Shown: piece after piece, positions 17,936 to 27,398 of the stretch
Layout of the letters: each line of letters starts with the position of its first letter
Position numbering within the stretch: the stretch's first letter is position 1
Assembly: GCA_947066105.1 (NCBI GenBank)
Contig: CAMSYM010000008.1
Location: 26,695 to 90,694, forward strand
DNA from: an uncultured Clostridia bacterium
GTDB taxonomy: Bacteria; Bacillota; Clostridia; Christensenellales; Pumilibacteraceae
Direction of reading: 5' to 3'
Length of the DNA: 64,000 nt
Translations under genes and position numbers: made by a program
Notes under the pieces: model-generated
Database searches by the model: none
What the model was told of the DNA's origin: nothing
Seen by the model: only the letters and a program-made list of their open reading frames with translations

Positions 17936-18508
17936 TTAAATATTTTTACGTTTTGCGGCGCGTTTTTCGGTAGTTCCGGCTTTGTCCGTCGGCGCGGGGT
18001 CTGCGGTCGCGCCTTTCTTGGCGCGCGCGACCGTGACGTTGCGCGGGGTGAATGTTACGGGATCGGACGAAACTACGGGAAGCTCCACCGTCGTTATGCC
18101 GTCGAACTCGGCGTTGCGCTTTTTCTTGCGTCGCGGTTTTTCCGCCGTATGATATGTAAGCGGAACGGTAAGCACGCCGTCCGAATACGCGTCGCCGCGT
18201 TTGCGTGTCGTGCGCGATCCGGCGTTCGACGGCTCTGCGGACGTCGAGACTTCCGTCGCGACCGCGTCGGGCAACGTTCGCTGTTTTTCGGCTTGCTCTT
18301 GCTTGCGTTTAAGCGCGGCGCGTTGCCGCTTGATCTCTTCGCGGAAAAAGAACGCGCGAAAGCTTTTGCTTACGTAAAGCAGGGCGAGTATCGCGGCGAG
18401 CATCAGCGAAACGATGATAAACACCGTGAGCGCGATCGAAAGTGCAAACTCGCTTGCGCCGAGCAGTGCGGCGCCCGTCGTTATCGTGTGGGCGTTATGC
18501 ACCGTCAT
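17936..18508 (-). CDS. Hypothetical protein, one TM helix and a basic tail
   Basis: Fills the operon gap. Hydrophobic stretch followed by a K/R-rich region. Confidence 0.55.
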   Translation of the reverse strand: MTVHNAHTITTGAALLGASEFALSIALTVFIIVSLMLAAILALLYVSKSFRAFFFREEIKRQRAALKRKQEQAEKQRTLPDAVATEVSTSAEPSNAGSRTTRKRGDAYSDGVLTVPLTYHTAEKPRRKKKRNAEFDGITTVELPVVSSDPVTFTPRNVTVARAKKGATADPAPTDKAGTTEKRAAKRKNI

Positions 18509-18511
18509 AAG

Positions 18512-20653
18512 TTACAAACCCATGGACGATGCGTCGCGAAGCTTGGCGTAAAATTCGGCTTCGCGGTCGCCCTTGAAAAAGTCCGATGCGAATATGCGGT
18601 TGACGTGGGATATCTTGTTCAAAAGCACGGTCGCTTTGTCTTCTATTTCCGCGAGATATTTCTCGTCGGCGTCGTCCGCCTTGTATATTATAGTGTTAAG
18701 ACTGTTGAAATATATTTTGTCGGTCAAAAATTTGCCGTACGCGCGCGAGTACAGTATCGATTCCTGTTCGGAAAACGCGCTCGTGCCGTACATAAGGTTG
18801 GAGAACATAGTTACGCCGAGCAGGTCGAGTATGGTAGGGTAGATGTCCGATACGCACGTGAATTTATTGATGATCGGGCGGTCGAGATTTTGGTTGCCGA
18901 CCTTCATCATGACGGGGACGCGGTACAGCTCGGTATAATTCGGGACCTTGGACGAGTAAATGTTTTTGGCGTAATTGCTCGTGCCTTGATAGTAGCAGTT
19001 GTGATCGCCGAAAAGCGTTACGAGCGTGCGGTCGGCGAGCTTGACGGGGTTGCCCTGCTCGTCGGTCACCTTGTTCCCGTTTTCGTCGAGATAGTCGGTG
19101 TTTTCCAAATAGTCGAGCATGACGCCTATCGCTTTGTCCAAGTCCATGCCCGCCGCGCAGTAGTAGCGCAACGCATTCTGTTCGTCGTTCCCTTCTTCGA
19201 ACGGGAGTATGCCGAGCGCGTCCATCTTGTCGTAATACGGTTTAAGATTTTCGCGGTATGCGTACTGTCCGTGCTGGGTTATGGTGGTGATGTACGTGTT
19301 GAACCTGCGACCCGTCGGGAACATTTCCTGTTTACAGGTTTCGAACATGAGCGAATCGAGATTGCGTTCGCCCAAGCCCGTGTCGTCGTCCTCTATGTCC
19401 ATGTCCTCGGTCGCGGTGTAGCTGTTAAAGCCGAGCGCGGTCGTGTGGTGTTGGTCGCGGTTGTAAAAGCTTTTATATCCGTCGTGGAACGAATTGCTTT
19501 CTACGCCGAACATGTTTTTCATTATGTTGGGCAGGCTGTAAGGAATGGTGTTTTCGGGATATGTGTAGTTGATGTATTCGTAAAGCGGATAGTTGCCGAT
19601 AATGCTCTTGTTTTCGGAAATATCCGTTTTTTCGAGCGAGTACGAATTGTTGAATACTACGGTAGAGTCGCTCTCGTAAAACCTGTAAAGATTGGGGTAC
19701 AGCGTTTTTAGATTAGCTATGATCTCTTCCGCGGTCGGCGGCACGATCGTTTCTTCGGGCGTGCCGGGCTTGTCGTCGGGAAGTTTCGCGTAACCGTTGG
19801 GATAGCGTTGCGCGTCGTAAAGGAAAGTGAACCACTCGAAGCTTTCGCAAAGTACGGTGACTACGTTGTATCCGTCGGCTTTGCCGAACATGGGCGTATG
19901 CTCGGTGATGCTGTCGTAAATGAAAAAGCGCAATTCTTCGGGATCGCCGATATCTATTTCCGAAAACCACAGTCCGCGCACAAGCTCGTTGTAAAAATTG
20001 CCCACTATGCCTTTGTTGGAGTATGTGGCGGTTTCGGTTTGGTGGAGCATGTAACTGAGATCGTTCACGTCGTTTTTGGCGTTGCCTATGTACGAAACCA
20101 TGACGTTGACGCATACCGCGAGCGCGGCGAGCGACGACGTGGTGACTGCGCTCGAACGGTTTACGTCGGGCTTGGGCATGCGGCTTATAAGCATGAATCC
20201 GAGCACGCCGTAGAGCGCGAGCGTGACCGCCGATACGAAAACGAACGTAAAGCTGAACGGCAATGTTTCCACGATAGCCATGGCGTCGTTGCGAAGATTG
20301 AGCATGGCGAAGTCGAATACCGTTCCGCCCGTGCTGTCGAATATGACGATGAATACGAGATCGAGTATAATGTTGACTATAAGCGCCGATAAAAACAGTG
20401 CATACCGCGATCTGTGTCCGGGCAGATATTGCGAAACGATGCAGACAAACGCCACGAACGTCAAAAACAGATACGGCTCGGTCATGTAAAACTTGCCCGC
20501 AGTAACCGCTACGCCCGTAAGCTCTATAAGCACAGCCGCCACGATATATGCGAACATCAAGTAGTTGACCTTGAAAAATGCGACGCACCAAGCGCCGAAC
20601 GCTTTCAGTCCGGTCGTAAACCTTGTTTTAAAGCTTATCTTTTGATTTTCCAT
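18512..20653 (-). CDS. LTA synthase / sulfatase-like membrane protein
   Basis: 5 N-terminal TMs, then NVVTVLCESFE, KTDISE, TITQHGQY, FGDH and SDIYPTILDLLG. Confidence 0.8.
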   Translation of the reverse strand: MENQKISFKTRFTTGLKAFGAWCVAFFKVNYLMFAYIVAAVLIELTGVAVTAGKFYMTEPYLFLTFVAFVCIVSQYLPGHRSRYALFLSALIVNIILDLVFIVIFDSTGGTVFDFAMLNLRNDAMAIVETLPFSFTFVFVSAVTLALYGVLGFMLISRMPKPDVNRSSAVTTSSLAALAVCVNVMVSYIGNAKNDVNDLSYMLHQTETATYSNKGIVGNFYNELVRGLWFSEIDIGDPEELRFFIYDSITEHTPMFGKADGYNVVTVLCESFEWFTFLYDAQRYPNGYAKLPDDKPGTPEETIVPPTAEEIIANLKTLYPNLYRFYESDSTVVFNNSYSLEKTDISENKSIIGNYPLYEYINYTYPENTIPYSLPNIMKNMFGVESNSFHDGYKSFYNRDQHHTTALGFNSYTATEDMDIEDDDTGLGERNLDSLMFETCKQEMFPTGRRFNTYITTITQHGQYAYRENLKPYYDKMDALGILPFEEGNDEQNALRYYCAAGMDLDKAIGVMLDYLENTDYLDENGNKVTDEQGNPVKLADRTLVTLFGDHNCYYQGTSNYAKNIYSSKVPNYTELYRVPVMMKVGNQNLDRPIINKFTCVSDIYPTILDLLGVTMFSNLMYGTSAFSEQESILYSRAYGKFLTDKIYFNSLNTIIYKADDADEKYLAEIEDKATVLLNKISHVNRIFASDFFKGDREAEFYAKLRDASSMGL

Positions 20654-20654
20654 A

Positions 20655-21440
20655 TTACAACACCAATACGACTATCGACGCCCAATACGTGACGTGGAAA
20701 CGATAGTCGGCAAGCACGAATATACCTGCGTAAACATACGTGAACATATAGTACAGCCACGGATATGCGTGGTCGGTAGTGCCGAGCTCAAACACGAGTT
20801 CGATAAGTCCGAAGACTGTCACCAAAAATATCGCGCCCCAGGGAACGGTGAATTTGGCGGGTAAAAGCAGGGTAAGCCCGCGCTGTACGAGCGTTGCGGC
20901 GGCGAGCGCCAGCCACAAATGGAACGCGTAATAAAAATACACCGAAATGTTGGTGAGCGCTTGCGCCATGGTAACGCCGTTGCCCATTTCGATCTGGACC
21001 TTGGTCTTGAACCCGAACGCCGCGCTCGTTACGAACACCGCCGCCGCGCAGATAGCTATGACGCCGAGCGCCTGCGGAATGGTCATTTTTTTATCGCGCG
21101 GCAAAAACATGCGAAGCTCGCAATTCTTTTTCATATAGTTGTTGAGAACTATTATATATATTGTACACAACACGCCCAAAAATATGTAGTATATGACTTC
21201 GGACAGCGTGCCGTAATAGATCTTATCCAAAAGCGGTTTGAACAGCCAAAACAGTCGCGACAAAAACATCACGAGCATGGTGACGCCCGCCGCGCCGAGC
21301 ATGGTAAAAGCGCGCGTTTTTTCGGACGCGGGCACGGACAGATACGCGTCGCGAAAGGCGTCGCGCGCGGGCGCAGGGGAAACGACTGCTTCCGCGCCGT
21401 TCGTAACGGCTGTATTGTGATCTTGCGTGCGTTTTTTCAT
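20655..21440 (-). CDS. Hypothetical integral membrane protein
   Basis: ATG 21440 overlaps the upstream stop (TAATG). About 6-7 hydrophobic segments. Confidence 0.65.
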   Translation of the reverse strand: MKKRTQDHNTAVTNGAEAVVSPAPARDAFRDAYLSVPASEKTRAFTMLGAAGVTMLVMFLSRLFWLFKPLLDKIYYGTLSEVIYYIFLGVLCTIYIIVLNNYMKKNCELRMFLPRDKKMTIPQALGVIAICAAAVFVTSAAFGFKTKVQIEMGNGVTMAQALTNISVYFYYAFHLWLALAAATLVQRGLTLLLPAKFTVPWGAIFLVTVFGLIELVFELGTTDHAYPWLYYMFTYVYAGIFVLADYRFHVTYWASIVVLVL

Positions 21441-22018
21441 TATCGTTGATTCTGTCGGTCGAGCGCGGCGAGTACGTCGTGCATGGACTTGACGTATTCG
21501 GCTTCCGACGAGTTGTAGAATAAGAGAATATCGTCGATGAAGGACGGCGGGGTAAAGTCCACCGTGGTTATGTATTCGTCCCAGTGCTTTATCTTGTAAA
21601 CGTCGCGATCGGAATTTCGACGGAGCATGCGCTCGCGGCACACCTGCGGAGTTGTAACTACCCAAATGACGACGAGTTCGGCTTTATATTTGCTGAGCTT
21701 GTCCCGCAGTTTGCTTATGTATTGCGCGTCGCGTATCTCGCGCGTGAACGGCGCGTTGATAAGCACCGTATCGTCGTATAACAAAGCCTCGAAGCCGAGA
21801 TTAAGTATTACTTCGTACTCGTAGTCGCGGATCTGTTCTTCGAAGAAGTCCGAACTGCGGTCGTACGGCTTTTTCGCCGCGCGGAATATTTGTTTGGACA
21901 AAGGGATAAGCGTGTCCTTGTCGAGATACACAACGTGATCCAGACTTTTTGCGAGCTGGCGCGAAATATAGGTTTTGCCGCATGCCGGCGGCGACGTTAC
22001 CAAGATCATTCGTTTCAT
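21440..22018 (-). CDS. P-loop kinase/ATPase (AAA_33-like)
   Basis: Walker A SPPACGKT, YLDKD, VLINAPF and lid motif CRERMLRR. Confidence 0.75.
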   Translation of the reverse strand: MKRMILVTSPPACGKTYISRQLAKSLDHVVYLDKDTLIPLSKQIFRAAKKPYDRSSDFFEEQIRDYEYEVILNLGFEALLYDDTVLINAPFTREIRDAQYISKLRDKLSKYKAELVVIWVVTTPQVCRERMLRRNSDRDVYKIKHWDEYITTVDFTPPSFIDDILLFYNSSEAEYVKSMHDVLAALDRQNQR

Positions 22019-22182
22019 ATTTCTTACAATATTTTATCAAATACGAAAAAAGCTGTCAAGCGTTCGCCGTAAAATCGGTCGAATTGCGCCGTGGCGCGCT
22101 CTGTTTTCGGCTTTAAATCGCCGTCGCGACAACAAAAACCCCGAACGATGTTCGGGGCGAAAACATTTGTCTACATATCGCG

Positions 22183-22506
22183 TTATGCGTTGTTTTGTTC
22201 GGAGCGTTTTTGCGCGCGCGACCGCGCCTTTTGCTTTTTGGGCTTGTCCGACGTGCGGCGCGTCACCCAATACGCAAAAAGATAGCCCGAAAACAGCGCG
22301 GCAAAAAGATACGGCGCGAGCCGAGTTCCCGTCAGTATGATGTACAGCGTAAACGCGCCGCCGACCGCGGCTACCGTCAACACGTCGAGAACGAACGTCA
22401 CGGGCAACAGGTTGGTGCGGCGCGACAGCGCGGTGGACGCCATATACAGTATGCGCGCGCCGACGCCAAGTCCCAGACAGAATAAAAACGCGTAAAGCTC
22501 GGTCAT
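22183..22506 (-). CDS. yabQ: Spore cortex protein YabQ-like
   Basis: Three-TM protein overlapping the yabP stop, the conserved yabP-yabQ arrangement. Confidence 0.55.
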   Translation of the reverse strand: MTELYAFLFCLGLGVGARILYMASTALSRRTNLLPVTFVLDVLTVAAVGGAFTLYIILTGTRLAPYLFAALFSGYLFAYWVTRRTSDKPKKQKARSRAQKRSEQNNA

Positions 22507-22793
22507 TTGAATATCCGTTTCAACAGCGGCACTTTGGCTTGCACGTATTTGACCGAGTCGACGTTGCCGGTAAGCGAAAGATTGCCGTCGGCGTCGTCGA
22601 ACTTGACTATTTTCAGCTCCGAACCGCTTACGAGCAGTCGACCCATACAGGTGGTGAGCGATATTTCGTTGTCGCTCGCGCCGTCTACTTTGGCTACTCC
22701 CGTCATGGATATTTTTTTGCGGTCGGTCATTGCGATCGAGTGCGACGTGAATTTGGTTTGGTTTTGTTGCGTTATTGTTCGGACTTCTTTCAT
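22503..22793 (-). CDS. yabP: Sporulation protein YabP
   Basis: HSIAMTDRKKISMTGVAKVDGA...TCMGRLLVSGSELKI...GNLSLTGNVDSVKY pattern. Confidence 0.8.
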   Translation of the reverse strand: MKEVRTITQQNQTKFTSHSIAMTDRKKISMTGVAKVDGASDNEISLTTCMGRLLVSGSELKIVKFDDADGNLSLTGNVDSVKYVQAKVPLLKRIFK

Positions 22794-22944
22794 ACCGTAT
22801 GTGTATGCGCGTCGCTTAGCGATTATGCCGAGCGTTGCGCCGCCTGCGAAAATGTAGTGTAAAACAATTGATTTTATTTTGCCGTTGTTGTAAAATGATA
22901 CAAGCGCCGCAAGTCGATCGCGGCAACGTTACGAGGGATCATTC

Positions 22945-25488
22945 ATGGACGTAAAGAAACAACTCGCCGAGGAATTCGAGCTAAACCCGGAGCATTGCTC
23001 CAATATCGTCGACCTTTTGGATCAAGGCGACACCGTGCCGTTTATCGCGCGTTACCGCAAGGAAATGCACGGCGCGACCGACGATCAGGTCATACGCGAA
23101 CTGTCCGACCGCTACGAGTACTTGAAAGGACTCGTAAAGCGCAAGGAGGAGATACAAGCGTCTATCGAGTCGCAGGGCAAGTGGACGGACGAACTCGCCG
23201 CCGCGCTCGACGCCGCGAAAACGCTCACCGAAGCGGAAGATATATACAGACCGTACAAGCAGAAAAAGAAAACGCGCGCGTCGGTCGCTATCGAACGCGG
23301 GCTTGAACCGCTTGCCGATATAATAGAAGCGCAAGCGCTCGAAGCGTACGACGAAGCGGAGCTTTGCGCGCCGTTTATCGATGCCGAAAAGGGCGTGCCG
23401 GATGCCAAAGCGGCTATCGACGGCGCGTGCGATATAATCGCCGAACGCATATCGGACGATGCGGCTTTGCGCAAGGCTTTGCGCGAACAGGCGATGACCG
23501 ACGGGCGTATAACGGCTGTCGCCGACGAGTCGTGTACCGACGACGAAAAGAAAAAGGTTTACGAAACGTATTTCAAGTTCGACGAAGCGGTCGCGACCGT
23601 ACCAAGTCACCGCGTGCTTGCCGTCAACCGCGGCGAAAAGGAGGAATGCCTTAAAGTTTCGGTGGTCGTCGACGAGGAAAAGGCTCGCAGTATCATTGCC
23701 GCGGCTAAAAAGAAAAGCTCGGCGTTCGATGCGCTTATCGACAGAACGATCGAGGACAGCTATAAACGGCTCATCGCGCCGAGCATAGAGCGCGAAGTTC
23801 GCACCGAGCTGTTCGACCGCGCGTCGGAGCAGGCGATAAAGACATTCGAGCGCAATTTGAAGCCGTTGCTGTTACAGCCGCCGCTCAAAGGCAAAGTCAT
23901 ACTCGGACTCGATCCCGCGTACCGCACAGGCTGCAAGATTGCGGTCATAGACGCGAGCGGAAAGTTTTTGGACAGCGCGGTCGTTTATCCCACGCCGCCG
24001 CAAAAAAAGATCGAGCAGGCGAAGGAGATACTCAAAGCGCTCATCGCCAAGCACAACGTCGACTGTATTTCCATAGGCAACGGCACGGCGAGCAAGGAAT
24101 CGGAGATATTCGTCGCCGATCTTATAAAAGAACTCGACCGCCCCGTATCGTATGCGGTCGTATCGGAATCGGGCGCGTCCGTTTACAGCGGTAGCAAGCT
24201 CGGCGCGGAGGAATTCCCCGAACTCGATCTTACCATACGCAGCGCCATATCCATCGCGCGCAGGCTTTTGGATCCGCTTGCGGAGCTTATAAAAGTGGAC
24301 GTACGCTCGCTCGGCGTAGGTCAGTATCAGCACGACATGCCGCAAAAGCGGTTGGTGTCGTCGCTCACGGCGGCGGTCGAGGACTGCGTCAACAGCGTCG
24401 GCGTCGACCTTAACACCGCGTCGTACTCGCTGTTGTCGTACGTGTCGGGACTCAATGCCGGCACTGCCAAAAACATCGTGGAATACCGTTCCAACAAGCC
24501 GTTCGGCTCGCGCAAGGAATTGCTCAAAGTTCCCAAGCTCGGCGCGAAAGCGTTCGAGCAGTGCGCGGGATTTTTGCGAATACCCGACGCGCAAAACGTA
24601 CTCGACAACACGGCGGTCCACCCCGAATCGTACGAAGCGGCGCAAAAACTCATAGATAAATTCGGCTATACGCAGGACGACGTCAAGGCGTGCAAGCTGG
24701 ACAGCCTGCCGCAACGCGTCAAGGACGCCGGCGAGGAAACGGTCGCCGCGGAGATAGGAGTGGGCGTGCCTACGCTCAACGACATAGTGGCGGAGCTTAT
24801 AAAACCGGGACGCGACGTGCGCGATCAATTGCCGCCGCCCGTACTGCGCTCCGACCTTATGGACATGAACGATCTTACCGAAGGCATGCGCATAGAGGGC
24901 GTAGTGCGCAACGTCACCGATTTCGGCGCGTTCGTGGATATATCCGTACACCAAGACGGATTGTTGCATATTTCCGAGATATCCGACAGCTTTATCAAGC
25001 ACCCGTCCGACGTTTTGAAGGTGGGCGACAAGGTCAACGTGTGGGTTTTGTCGGTCGACAAGCAAAAGCACCGCATCGCGCTCACCATGCTCGATCCCGC
25101 GACGCGCGACACGCGCAAAGCGGAGTACGAACAGCAAAAACAACAGCGCAAGGAGCAAAAAGCGGAGCGCGATAAAAAGCACGCCGAGTATTTGGAACGC
25201 AAAGCCGCGCGCGAAAAAAGCCATGCGGAATATTTGGAGCGTCAGGCGGCGCGCGAAAAACGCAAAGCGGAAGGCGACGGCGACGCCGATCGGCGCAGAG
25301 AACGGTTCGACCGCGACCGCAGTCGCGACGACCGCAACGGCGAGCGCAGATACGGCTCGGACAGACCGCGCCGCGAAGGGTTCGTAAGCGGTTACCGCGA
25401 CCGTGCGGACGACAGCGCGCCCGATACGGCGGGCATGTCCATGGACGAAAAGCTCGCCGCGCTCGCAAGCATGTTCAATAAGAAATGA
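22945..25488 (+). CDS. tex: Tex-family RNA-binding protein with C-terminal charged extension
   Basis: TVPFIARYRKE, GLDPAYRTGCK, IGNGTAS, GVGQYQHD, HhH, and S1 domain GVVRNVTDFGAFVDISVHQDGLLHISE. Confidence 0.93.
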   Translation: MDVKKQLAEEFELNPEHCSNIVDLLDQGDTVPFIARYRKEMHGATDDQVIRELSDRYEYLKGLVKRKEEIQASIESQGKWTDELAAALDAAKTLTEAEDIYRPYKQKKKTRASVAIERGLEPLADIIEAQALEAYDEAELCAPFIDAEKGVPDAKAAIDGACDIIAERISDDAALRKALREQAMTDGRITAVADESCTDDEKKKVYETYFKFDEAVATVPSHRVLAVNRGEKEECLKVSVVVDEEKARSIIAAAKKKSSAFDALIDRTIEDSYKRLIAPSIEREVRTELFDRASEQAIKTFERNLKPLLLQPPLKGKVILGLDPAYRTGCKIAVIDASGKFLDSAVVYPTPPQKKIEQAKEILKALIAKHNVDCISIGNGTASKESEIFVADLIKELDRPVSYAVVSESGASVYSGSKLGAEEFPELDLTIRSAISIARRLLDPLAELIKVDVRSLGVGQYQHDMPQKRLVSSLTAAVEDCVNSVGVDLNTASYSLLSYVSGLNAGTAKNIVEYRSNKPFGSRKELLKVPKLGAKAFEQCAGFLRIPDAQNVLDNTAVHPESYEAAQKLIDKFGYTQDDVKACKLDSLPQRVKDAGEETVAAEIGVGVPTLNDIVAELIKPGRDVRDQLPPPVLRSDLMDMNDLTEGMRIEGVVRNVTDFGAFVDISVHQDGLLHISEISDSFIKHPSDVLKVGDKVNVWVLSVDKQKHRIALTMLDPATRDTRKAEYEQQKQQRKEQKAERDKKHAEYLERKAAREKSHAEYLERQAAREKRKAEGDGDADRRRERFDRDRSRDDRNGERRYGSDRPRREGFVSGYRDRADDSAPDTAGMSMDEKLAALASMFNKK

Positions 25489-25502
25489 TATTATACTCAG
25501 CA

Positions 25503-25530
25503 CAAAAGCGTCCTATGCGGGCGCTTTTGT
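25503..25530 (+). terminator. Terminator after tex
   Basis: AAAAGCGTCC / GGGCGCTTTT stem. Confidence 0.65.
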
Positions 25531-25571
25531 AATTAAGGATTCGTAATGATCGATCCCTACGGGTGATGGAG

Positions 25572-26185
25572 AATTCGGAATTAGGAATGCGGAATGCGGA
25601 ATTATAGTCTATTTATATTTATGCGGCTTCGCCTAGATCTCTCCACTCCACTCCACTCGCTTTGCTCGTTTCGGTCGAGATGATGGGGGGGGGGCGATGT
25701 ATCACTCTTTTTTGTCATCCTGAGCAACGCGAAGGATCTCAACCATATTTAAAAAAGATGAGATTCTTCACTGCGCTACGCTTGTTCAGAATGACAATAA
25801 ATAGTTGTGCGCTACGCTTGTTCAGAATAGCCTGCGGCTGCTACGTAGGACAAGGATATAGTTGGACATGTATATGGCAAACAACAACCTACACCCCCAT
25901 CATTTCGAGCGGAGCAAGTGAAAAAGCATAATTAATACAAACGAGATTTAGAATTGTAAAATATCGTTAATCGTAACAAAAAACTACGCGTAGCCTTCGG
26001 CTACCGAGAAATCAAGGCGAACCGCCGCAAAGTGAAATAGTAATTATGAATTTGGAAAGCAGAATTACGGTCGATTAAGTATTGTGCGGCTACGCCTAGA
26101 TCTCTCCACTACACTCGCTTTGCTCGTTTCGGTCGAGATGATGGGGGGGGGGCGATGTATCACTCTTTTTTGTCATCCTGAGCAA
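25572..26185. repeat. Composite repeat cluster, copy B: heptamers, two about 100-bp direct repeats and REP hairpins
   Basis: 25622-25727 is nearly identical to 26085-26185. The interior matches 1726-2027. Confidence 0.9.
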
Positions 26186-26190
26186 TGGTT

Positions 26191-26976
26191 TTAAGCAAAC
26201 CGTATATCTATGTCGCCGTTGGACGTGCTTGCTATCGCTCGTCGTTTTTCGCTCGCGGCGACGTCCGTAATGTTTTTGCTCGGCGTGCCGTCGACGGAGA
26301 TCGCGCCGTGCGTCGTTTCCAGAGTAAGGCGGTAATCGTCGCGCGTTCCCGCGCACAGCGCGTTTATCTTGCCGTTGGATGTTTCCAACCGTAACGCCGC
26401 AACGTCGACCGCGCTCGCGTCGATAGCGCCGTTGTGCGTGGAGCAGTCCAGCTTGTTCGCGCGTACGTCTATCGCGGATACAGCCGCGTTATGGCAGGAA
26501 ACGGTCACCGCCGTCGCCTTGACGTTTTCCGCTTTGATATTGCCGTTGGAGCATTTTACGTTGACGGCGTCGGTCGCGGTCAAGCCTTTAAGCGCGACCG
26601 TGCCGTTGTGCATTTTAAGCGTAAACTCATTGCACGAGATGTTTTCCGCGTCGCACTTGCCGTTGGCGGTGGAGATCTCTATGTCGGCGAATGCGCCGTC
26701 TTTTATGTACAAGCCGCCGTTTTTATTGCGAAACCGCAGTCTGCCGCGGAAATATTTGGGCAGTATCAGTTTAAACTCCAACCGACGCATGAGCATACGG
26801 TAAAAAATATTGCCCTTTTTTTGCGTTACGGTCAACAGTCCGTTGTTATCCGCCTGAACGTTGAAGTATTTTTCTTTGGCGGATACGAACCTGCAAACAT
26901 CGTCGTCCCCGCGCGAGATATCCGCAACGCAGTCGGTGCCGTAAACGGCTATGCCTTTTATGTTTTGAAATTCCAT
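26191..26976 (-). CDS. DUF4097-like beta-strand repeat protein
   Basis: Repeating xSTxNGKxxx / xTHNGAI beta-strand units. Confidence 0.75.
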   Translation of the reverse strand: MEFQNIKGIAVYGTDCVADISRGDDDVCRFVSAKEKYFNVQADNNGLLTVTQKKGNIFYRMLMRRLEFKLILPKYFRGRLRFRNKNGGLYIKDGAFADIEISTANGKCDAENISCNEFTLKMHNGTVALKGLTATDAVNVKCSNGNIKAENVKATAVTVSCHNAAVSAIDVRANKLDCSTHNGAIDASAVDVAALRLETSNGKINALCAGTRDDYRLTLETTHGAISVDGTPSKNITDVAASEKRRAIASTSNGDIDIRFA

Positions 26977-27298
26977 GTCTGCCTTCGGGCGTGTTACCGC
27001 CGTTTATTTTTCGAGGGTGATAGGATAAATACCGTATACATTTTACCGCATTTTCGGTCATAAAGCAAGCGAAATTCGAGCGCATGTCAAAATATCCCGA
27101 CCGTTGCGGTATGACGGTCGAAGCGCGATTGCGTATAAACAAAAGGCGTTTGCGCAAACAATAAGCGATATACGCCGTCGGAACGGTGCGACGCGGATAA
27201 TCGGCGTTTCGCAACGGCGCGGAATACGTCGTTACGGCGCGGTTTGTGTAGATATTGTCTTACAAATGTGAAAAAAATGCGTTTGGACGGACGGGGGC

Positions 27299-27327
27299 TT
27301 GACAATGCGTACGGGTTAATATATAAT
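27299..27327 (+). promoter_or_regulatory. sigmaA promoter of GT2-glf
   Basis: TTGACA, 17 bp spacer, TATAAT. Confidence 0.75.
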
Positions 27328-27398
27328 GATAGGGCGTCGAAGGACAATAAGTCGGCGCATGCGTGCGGCGAGCGCGCTTGTGCGCATAGGTGCAGAGA

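Noticed and set aside
14793-17939. 1048-aa ORF on the + strand, and other long antisense ORFs (e.g. 18149-19711, 23872-25503, 51966-53942, 62230-63900)
   Set aside because: They are shadows of well-supported genes on the opposite strand. The GC-rich codon bias suppresses antisense stops, and they contain no recognisable motifs.
22799-22828. sigmaE-like promoter for yabP (GCATAAT-N14-CATACACA on the - strand)
   Set aside because: The last -10 base mismatches, and the implied start site would fall on the start codon
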